Of a stretch of 22,891 nt of DNA, positions 16,871 through 22,891 are shown one piece after another. Under the pieces are notes generated by a model. That model saw only the letters and a list, made by a program, of their open reading frames with translations, ran no database searches and had not been told where the DNA came from. The position numbers and the translations under genes are program-made. The stretch is from Candidatus Methylomirabilia bacterium. GTDB lineage: Bacteria; Methylomirabilota; Methylomirabilia; Rokubacteriales; CSP1-6. The stretch spans positions 1 through 22,891 of the forward strand of contig JBGQEL010000066.1 of the NCBI GenBank assembly GCA_041496385.1. The letters run 5' to 3'. Each line of letters starts with the position of its first letter. Position 1 is the first letter of the stretch.

Positions 16871-17346
16871 TCCGCGTCTGGCGGATCTGCAAGCGGCGAT
16901 ACACGGCGTTCGACGGAGAGGGTGCGCGGCGGGCGGGCGGGCGGTGGAGCCTTCGGGGCATACCCGCTGTCTACACCTCGGCAACACTGTCCCTGGCCGC
17001 GCTCGAATACTTCGTCCACCTGAGTCCCGATGAAGCGCCAAACGACTTGACGGCGATACCGGCCGACATCCCGGAGCCTGTGATCGAGCGCCTCGAGGAT
17101 CTGCCGGGCTTCCGTCTCCCACGAACGTGGCGGGTCTATCCGGCGCCGAGCGTGCTGCCAGAGCTGGGCGCGGCGTGGATTCGGGCCGGCCGGCGACCCG
17201 TGCTGTCGGTGCCCTCGGTCGTCATCCCCGAGGAGCGGAACTACCTGATCGATCCGCGCCATCGACAGTTCGGGCAGATCCGTGTCGGGAAGGCCCAGGC
17301 GTTTCGCTTCGACCTGCGGATGTGGAAAAAGCAAACGAGGGGATGA
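16867..17346 (+). CDS. RES-domain toxin (NAD+-targeting; RES/ParT/MbcT family), about 159 aa, apparent CTG start
   Basis: The frame from 16867 reads (L)IRVWRICKRRYTAFDGEGARRAGGRWS...VYTSATLSLAALEYFVH...LSVPSVVIPEERNYLIDP. An in-frame TAG at 16864-16866 bounds it. The ORF track catches only the part from 17047. Confidence 0.92.
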   Translation: MIRVWRICKRRYTAFDGEGARRAGGRWSLRGIPAVYTSATLSLAALEYFVHLSPDEAPNDLTAIPADIPEPVIERLEDLPGFRLPRTWRVYPAPSVLPELGAAWIRAGRRPVLSVPSVVIPEERNYLIDPRHRQFGQIRVGKAQAFRFDLRMWKKQTRG

Positions 17347-18293
17347 GCGCGTACCTCACCCGGCGGCTCCTCGCGACGGCGCTCAGCCTGCTGGGCGTGA
17401 GCGTCCTGGTCTTCGGCATGGTCCGCCTGGTGCCGGGGACCATCGTCGAGCAGCTCCTGGGACAAGCGGCGATGGGCTCGCCCGAGGTCCTCGCGAGCTT
17501 CCGCCGCTTCTTCGGCCTCGACCGCCCCGCGCACCTTCAATATATAGACTGGCTCGGCGCCGCCCTCCGGGGCGACCTCGGCGCCTCGTGGCTCTCGGGC
17601 AAGCCCGTGCTCGCGCTCTTCCTCGAGCGCCTGCCGGTCTCCGCCGAGCTGGCGCTGCTCGCCGTGGGCTGGTCGCTCCTGCTCGGCGTGCCGCTCGGCA
17701 CCGCCTCGGCCATGTGGCGAGGCGGCGCGCGCGACGGCGCGATCCGCGTGGGCGCCACGCTCGGCCTCTCGCTGCCCGCCTTCTGGCAGGGGACCGTGCT
17801 GATCCTGCTCTTCTCCGTCTACCTCGGCTGGATGCCGTCGCTCCAGTGGGTCTCGCTCGCGCGCAACCCGGCCGCGAACCTCTTGACGATGGCACTGCCC
17901 GCGCTCACGCTCGGCACGGCGACGGCGGCGATGATCACCCGCATGTCGCGCTCCTCCATGCTCGACGTGCTCGGGCGCGAGTACATCCGCACGGCGCGCG
18001 CCAAGGGTGTGTCCGAGCGCCGCGTGACCTTCCACCACGCGCTCCGCAACGCGCTCATCCCCGTGGTGACGGTGGCCGGCGTGCAGCTCGGCTACATCGT
18101 CGGCGGCATCGTCGTGGTCGAAGACGTCTTCACGCTTCCGGGCGTGGGCCGCCTGCTCCTCGACGCCATCTTCCAGCGCGACTATCCGGTGGTGCAGGGG
18201 GTCATCCTGCTCCTCGGCGCGATCTTCATGACGCTGAATCTCGCGGTGGATCTGCTCTACGCCGCGCTCGATCCGAGGCTCCGCCATGGATGA
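17343..18293 (+). CDS. Peptide/nickel ABC transporter permease (DppB/OppB-like)
   Basis: ATG at 17343 overlaps the toxin stop (ATGA). YLTRRLL, GDLGASW, EYIRTARAKG, HALRNALIPV and RDYPVVQG. Confidence 0.94.
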   Translation: MSAYLTRRLLATALSLLGVSVLVFGMVRLVPGTIVEQLLGQAAMGSPEVLASFRRFFGLDRPAHLQYIDWLGAALRGDLGASWLSGKPVLALFLERLPVSAELALLAVGWSLLLGVPLGTASAMWRGGARDGAIRVGATLGLSLPAFWQGTVLILLFSVYLGWMPSLQWVSLARNPAANLLTMALPALTLGTATAAMITRMSRSSMLDVLGREYIRTARAKGVSERRVTFHHALRNALIPVVTVAGVQLGYIVGGIVVVEDVFTLPGVGRLLLDAIFQRDYPVVQGVILLLGAIFMTLNLAVDLLYAALDPRLRHG

Positions 18294-19131
18294 GCGCGCC
18301 GGGCGCGCGCGGTGGCGTCGCGCCGGCCGGAGCCCCCTGTTCCTTGCGGCGTGTCTGGCGCTGGCCGCCCTGGTCGGCGCGGGCCTGCTTGCGGATCTCG
18401 TGGCGCCCTACTCGCCGACTGCGGTGGACGCACCGCAAGTCTTCCGCGGCCCAAGCGCGAGCCACCCCTTCGGCACCGACCGCTTCGGCCGCGACGTCCT
18501 CTCGCGCATCCTCTTCGGCATCCGCGTGTCGCTCGGCATCGCCGGGGCGTCGATCCTCGCCGCTGTCAGCGTGGGCGGCGTCCTCGGCCTCCTCGCCGGC
18601 CTCGGCCGCGCCGTCGACCAGCTCCTCGGTCGCGTCATGGACGTCTTCTTCGCCTTCCCGCCGATTCTGCTCGCGATTGGGGTCGCGGCGGTCCTCGGGG
18701 CCGGGCCCGGCACCGCCGTCGTCGCGATCGCCGTCGTCTACGCGCCCTTCTTCTTCCGCGTCGTGCGGGCGAGCGTGCTGGCCGAGTCGGCGCAGGTCTA
18801 CGTCGAGGCCGCCGAGGCGCTCGGTGCGGGCCGCGCCGCCGTCCTCGTGCGCCACATCCTGCCGAACGCCGTCTCGCCCGTCATCGTCCAGACGGCCGTG
18901 TGCCTGTCCTACGCGATCTTGATCGAGTCCGCGCTTTCGTACCTGGGCGTCGGTGTCCAGCCGCCCGCGCCCTCGTGGGGCTCGATCCTCAACGAGGGGA
19001 AGGAGTTCCTGGCGCTGGCGCCGTGGGTCTCCCTCTTCCCGGGCGGCGCGATCGTGCTGGCCGTGCTGGCGTTCAACATCATCGGCGACGGGCTGCGGGA
19101 CGCCCTCGATCCGAGAGCGGAGGTGAGGTGA
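18286..19131 (+). CDS. Peptide/nickel ABC transporter permease (DppC/OppC-like)
   Basis: HPFGTDRFGRDVLSR, YVEAAEALGA, RHILPN and FNIIGDGLRDALDP. Confidence 0.95.
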   Translation: MDERAGRARWRRAGRSPLFLAACLALAALVGAGLLADLVAPYSPTAVDAPQVFRGPSASHPFGTDRFGRDVLSRILFGIRVSLGIAGASILAAVSVGGVLGLLAGLGRAVDQLLGRVMDVFFAFPPILLAIGVAAVLGAGPGTAVVAIAVVYAPFFFRVVRASVLAESAQVYVEAAEALGAGRAAVLVRHILPNAVSPVIVQTAVCLSYAILIESALSYLGVGVQPPAPSWGSILNEGKEFLALAPWVSLFPGGAIVLAVLAFNIIGDGLRDALDPRAEVR

Positions 19132-19132
19132 C

Positions 19133-19618
19133 ATGCCCTTCGAGCCGGGCGACACGATCGGCGGCCTCAGCGAGGGCGAGCTGCGCCGCTTCCTGGCGGA
19201 GCCCTGGAACGCGCGCATCGCCACCGTGGCCCCGGACGGCTGGCCCTACCTGACCCCCGTCTGGTACGAGTTCGAGGCCGAGCGCCGCTCCTTCCTCGTG
19301 GTCGGCCGCGAGCGGGCCGAGTGGGTCCGCCACATCCTCGAGATGCCCCGCGTGGCGCTCCACGTGGCCGACGACCTCCACGCCCAGCACACGCGCGTGC
19401 TCGTCCAGGGGCTCGCCGAGATCGTCGAGGGCCCCGTGGCCCCGGCCGCGAGCCACCGCCTCCAGGAGCTGACCGACCGGCTGTCGTTGCGCTATCTCGG
19501 ACCGAACGGGCCGGCGTATGCGGCGCGCACGGCCCAGCGCCGGCGCGTGCTCGTGCGCGTGGTCGCCGAACGGTGGCGGACGTGGACCGGGCAGGAGTGG
19601 CATGCGAGGTACCGGTAG
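19133..19618 (+). CDS. Pyridoxamine 5'-phosphate oxidase-like (PPOX/FDOR split beta-barrel) flavin- or F420-binding protein
   Basis: ARIATVAPDGWPYLTPVWY, PRVALHV, RVLVQGLAEIV and LSLRYLG. GAGGTG RBS. Confidence 0.85.
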   Translation: MPFEPGDTIGGLSEGELRRFLAEPWNARIATVAPDGWPYLTPVWYEFEAERRSFLVVGRERAEWVRHILEMPRVALHVADDLHAQHTRVLVQGLAEIVEGPVAPAASHRLQELTDRLSLRYLGPNGPAYAARTAQRRRVLVRVVAERWRTWTGQEWHARYR

Positions 19619-19621
19619 CGG

Positions 19622-20536
19622 CTAGCCCACCTCCGCGCGGATCTTCGCGTGGAGCGCGCCCAGCGCGTCGATCATCGCGTCCACCGACCGCGCGCCGGCC
19701 TGGAAGATCGCGGTCGCGTTGAGCGCGATCCAGCCAAAGCCCATCGCCTGCAGCTCGGCGGCTCGGGCGACGACGCGGTCGGGCTCGGCGTAGAAGCGCT
19801 TGCCCTCGGCGTCCCGCGGCGGCGGCGCGACCATGCTCTGCAGCCCGAGGGCGCCCGGATCGCGGCCGGCTTCCTCGGCGTGGCGGCGAATGGAATCGAT
19901 GGCGCGCTTGGCGCTCTCCGCATCGGTGACGCGGCTCGCGAGCCAGCCGTCGCCGAGCCGGCCCACGCGGCGCCAGGCGGCCTCGGACATGCCGCCGATC
20001 CAGATGGGGAGCCGGCGGCCCTGCGGCGGCTTCGGCTCCATGGCCATCGCCGTCACGCGGTAGTGTCCGCCCTCGAAGTCCACCTGGGCGTCGCTCCACC
20101 AGGTGCGGAGCAGCCGGATCGCCTCGTCCATCCGCGCGCCCCGCGTGTGGAAGGGCTCGCCGAGCGCCTCGTACTCCGATTCCTGCCAGCCGACGCCGAC
20201 GCCGAGGCGCACGCGGCCGCCCGAGAGCGTGTCGAGCGTGCTCACCTGCTTGGCCACGAGGGTCGGCTGGCGCTGCGGCAGCACGAGCACCTCGGTGCCG
20301 AGCGTCACGCGCTCGGTGACGGCCGCGAGGTGCGCGAGCGTCATCAGCGCCTCGAGGATGGGCATGGTGGCCGTGTAGGGGCCCGGGGGCCGCCCGGCCA
20401 TCGGGTAGCCCATGACGACGTGGTCGAACACGTCGATGTGGTCGTAGCCGATCTGCTCGATGGCCCGCCCCATGCGTGCGACCGCGGCGGGGCCCTCGCG
20501 GTAGGAGACGCTCGGGAACTCGACGCTGAGCTTCAT
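19622..20536 (-). CDS. LLM class oxidoreductase, probable F420-dependent Rv2161c-like type (304 aa)
   Basis: ATG at 20536. FDHVV, LAAVTERVTLGTEVLVLPQRQP, AKQVSTLDTLSGGRVRLGVGVGWQESEY, PKPPQ and PIWIGG. Confidence 0.9.
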   Translation of the reverse strand: MKLSVEFPSVSYREGPAAVARMGRAIEQIGYDHIDVFDHVVMGYPMAGRPPGPYTATMPILEALMTLAHLAAVTERVTLGTEVLVLPQRQPTLVAKQVSTLDTLSGGRVRLGVGVGWQESEYEALGEPFHTRGARMDEAIRLLRTWWSDAQVDFEGGHYRVTAMAMEPKPPQGRRLPIWIGGMSEAAWRRVGRLGDGWLASRVTDAESAKRAIDSIRRHAEEAGRDPGALGLQSMVAPPPRDAEGKRFYAEPDRVVARAAELQAMGFGWIALNATAIFQAGARSVDAMIDALGALHAKIRAEVG

Positions 20537-20567
20537 GGCGCGTGCATTAACACCCGGCGCGGCCCGC

Positions 20568-20613
20568 GCGTCAAGACGCGGCCTTGACGCCCCGTCGCGC
20601 GCGGCGCTACGCT
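20568..20613. promoter_or_regulatory. Back-to-back -35 boxes forming an inverted repeat between divergent genes
   Basis: GCGTCAAG-N7-CTTGACGC at 20568-20590. On the plus strand, TTGACG-N18-TACGCT lies 7 nt before ATG 20621. Confidence 0.5.
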
Positions 20614-20620
20614 GCGCCCT

Positions 20621-21490
20621 ATGTCCTGGACGAATCCACAATATCTCGTCGAGACCGACTGGCTGGCGGCGCACGTCGACGACCCGGCGCTGCGCGTGCT
20701 CGAGTGCACGACGATCCTCCACCCGCGGCCCGAGGGCGGCTATCGCGCCGAGTCCGGGCGCATGGAATGGGCGGCCGGGCACATTCCGCGGAGCGGGTTC
20801 GCCGACCTCACGGACGACCTGTGCGACCGCGCGGCATCGCTGCTCTACATGATGCCGCCCGCGGCGCAGATGGCGGCGGCGATGGCGCGGCTCGGGGTGG
20901 GCGAGGGGACGCGCGTGGTGCTCTACGACCGCAATGTGAACATGTGGGCGGCGCGCGTCTGGTGGATGCTGCGCGCGGTCGGCTTCGACCAGGCGGCCGT
21001 GCTGAACGGCGGCTGGCGCAAGTGGACGCTCGAGGGTCGCCCGACCTCCACCGAGCCCTGCGCGTATCCGCCGGGCCGCTTCGTCACGCGCCCGCGGCCG
21101 GACCTGTTCGCCGGCAAGGACGCGGTGCTCGCAGGCCTCGGGCAGCGCGCCACGTGCATCCTCAACGCGCTCGCGGAGGAGCAGCACCGCGGCACCGGCG
21201 GCGTCGCGTACGGGCGTCCCGGGCGCATCGCCGGCAGCGCGAACGTCCCCGCGCGGTCGCTGGTCGACCCGGCGACGCACGCGTACCTGCCGGCCGAGGT
21301 CCTGCGCGAGCGGTTCGCCGCGGCGGGTGCGCTCGCGGCGGGGCGGGTGATCACCTACTGCGGCGGCGGGATCGCGGCCAGCAGCGACGCCTTCGTGCTG
21401 ACGCTGCTCGGCCACGAGGACGTGGCCGTCTACGACGCGTCGCTCTCCGAGTGGGCCACGGACCCGTCGCTGCCGATGGAGACCGGCTAG
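20621..21490 (+). CDS. Tandem-rhodanese sulfurtransferase (thiosulfate/3-mercaptopyruvate, SseA-like)
   Basis: LVETDWLAAH, GHIP, AARVWWML, LNGG, GRIAGSANVP, active-site loop YCGGGIAAS and VYDASLSEW. Confidence 0.93.
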   Translation: MSWTNPQYLVETDWLAAHVDDPALRVLECTTILHPRPEGGYRAESGRMEWAAGHIPRSGFADLTDDLCDRAASLLYMMPPAAQMAAAMARLGVGEGTRVVLYDRNVNMWAARVWWMLRAVGFDQAAVLNGGWRKWTLEGRPTSTEPCAYPPGRFVTRPRPDLFAGKDAVLAGLGQRATCILNALAEEQHRGTGGVAYGRPGRIAGSANVPARSLVDPATHAYLPAEVLRERFAAAGALAAGRVITYCGGGIAASSDAFVLTLLGHEDVAVYDASLSEWATDPSLPMETG

Positions 21491-21506
21491 CCCGCGCCGC
21501 CGCGAG

Positions 21507-22881
21507 CTAGAAGTGCATCACCTCGGCGGCGTGCTCGTAGACGTCCTGGATGCGGCCGTGCGAGATCGCCGCGGCTTGCACCGCGGCCACCAGGTGGCGC
21601 CAGCGCAGCGACGGGCGCGTGGCGTGGAACTCCTCGTACGTCGCCTGGTGATGCTTGAACGCGTGCATCTCGGTGAAGTTGTCGCGGCAGGCGATCTTGC
21701 CGATCAGGGCGATCAGGGATTCCGCGGCGTAGCCCCGATCGGCATATTGCTGCGCCAGGGCGGCCGCCTGCTTGACCTCGTCGGTCGAGCGCCAGGAGGC
21801 GAGATTCGCCGCCGGCAGCTCTCGATCTCCTCCAGCAGCGCGTCCTGCGTGCGGGCCGGCAGCGACGCCACGCGCTGCGGCTCGGGCTGGCGGTCCGGTG
21901 CGAGCATGCGCTGCGCCATGCGCACTTCCGGCCCGGTGTTCCAGACGAGCAGCGCCTGCAGCTTGATGCGCCGCGAGAGCTCCGCCTGCCGCAGCAGATA
22001 GCGCCGTGTGTTGGCGCCGGTGTTGATGTGCACGTCCATCGGGTTGCCCGTCTGCGAGCGCAGGAAGAGCGTCGAGCCGCCCACGGAGAGGCCCTCGCCC
22101 ACGCCCTCGAGGGACAGGCCGCCGGCGAGCGCGCGCGCCAGCATCTCGGGGATCTCGCCGAACTCGTTGCAGCGGCCGATCTCGTCCGCCAGCGCCGTGA
22201 CGCCGGCGGTCTCGTCCTCGCCCGTCGCGACGCGCAGGTCGCGCTCGAGCAGCTCGTGCTTCCGGATCAGCTCGTCGACGTCGGCCAGCGTCGCCGGCGC
22301 GGTGGGACGCGTGACGTAGCGCACCGGCGCCCGCCCGATGTACTTCGCGTACTCCCACCCCAGGTACTCGAGCGCCCGCCAGGTGAACACCGGGAACAGG
22401 AAATAGTGGTCGTCGAGCTGGTTCTTGGGGATGCCGACCTCGAGCAGGAGCTCCAGGACCTGCATGGGGGAGCGCCGCTCGAGCAGGTAGAGGAAGTAGT
22501 GATCGCGTCCACGTCGTCGTTCTCCGACACCGGCTGCGCGTCGGCCAGGATGAACGGGCCCATCGCGGGCGAGTGGATGTGCTTGTTGGCGACGGCGACG
22601 TTCTGGATCACCAGCAGCATGGCGTACTCGCCGGGCAGGCGCGCCGCGATGTGGCGCACGGCGTGCAGCCCCGCCAGCGGATGGAGCGGACCACCGTGGT
22701 GGCCCGGCGGCAGATCCGAGGAGCGCACCACCGCGAGCGCCGAGGCGAGGAGCATGTCCTTCACGGACGTGCCGGCGGCGAGCTTGTCGTGGGCCTCGCC
22801 CACGATGCGCTCGGGCGTCGCGTCCTCGACGAACTGCACCAGGGGCTCGATCCGATCGGGATACCGAACGCGGTGAGCCAT
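21507..22881 (-). pseudogene. Hypothetical His-rich protein of about 458 aa, broken by two frameshifts (pseudogene or sequence error)
   Basis: Protein-like, GC3-biased text passes through three successive frames: MAHRVRYP...ENDDVDA, then DHYFLYLLE...LLEEIES, then LPAANLASW...AAEVMHF-stop. Junctions lie near 22503 and 21820. Confidence 0.75.
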
Positions 22882-22891
22882 GCTCCCGATC

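Noticed and set aside
1570..20587. Many long overlapping ORFs, e.g. 1570-2514, 3600-5042, 6914-8641, 11846-13384, 14726-16111 and 19649-20587
   Set aside because: Antisense or off-frame shadows of recognisable genes. They are Arg/Ala/Gly-rich, as expected from stop-codon scarcity in high-GC DNA.
21487..21510. Hairpin CTAGC-C-CGCG-loop-CGCG-A-GCTAG between convergent stop codons
   Set aside because: Short and mismatched, partly produced by the two TAG stops, with no U-tract. It cannot be called a terminator.
21810..22510. Programmed -1 ribosomal frameshifting as an explanation of the split gene
   Set aside because: No X-XXY-YYZ slippery site at either junction.
1..22891. CRISPR array, tRNA, rRNA, riboswitch, IS or integrase
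   Set aside because: No regularly spaced repeats, RNA-gene signatures or transposase/recombinase motifs were seen by eye, and intergenic regions are all short. An Infernal/tRNAscan run would be needed to exclude small RNAs.

Overview
Very GC-rich, gene-dense bacterial region. Gene content and composition resemble Ca. Rokubacteria/Methylomirabilota, which is inference only. From left to right: (1) the 3' end of a type I restriction subunit hsdR plus a small orphan ORF; (2) a coupled two-gene minus-strand operon encoding a secreted PQQ dehydrogenase fused to a C-terminal amicyanin-like blue-copper domain, and a His-rich thioredoxin-like partner; (3) DinB and LLM oxidoreductase genes; (4) a minus-strand SsuABC/TauABC-type ABC importer with an amidohydrolase, followed by a DUF2652-like gene; (5) a SnoaL/TauX-like protein and an alpha/beta-hydrolase-domain protein; (6) an orphan NMT1-like binding protein and a DMT/EamA-like remnant; (7) a peptide/nickel-type ABC operon with an Xre-RES toxin-antitoxin module inserted between the binding-protein gene and the permeases; (8) PPOX-like, LLM and rhodanese genes; (9) a doubly frameshifted His-rich hypothetical gene. 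The most notable items are the quino-cuproprotein operon, the embedded TA module (own promoter, apparent CTG toxin start), and a 41-nt promoter-like motif shared by two unlinked operons. No rRNA, tRNA, CRISPR array or transposase was seen. Family assignments come from motif recognition by eye, not from database searches.
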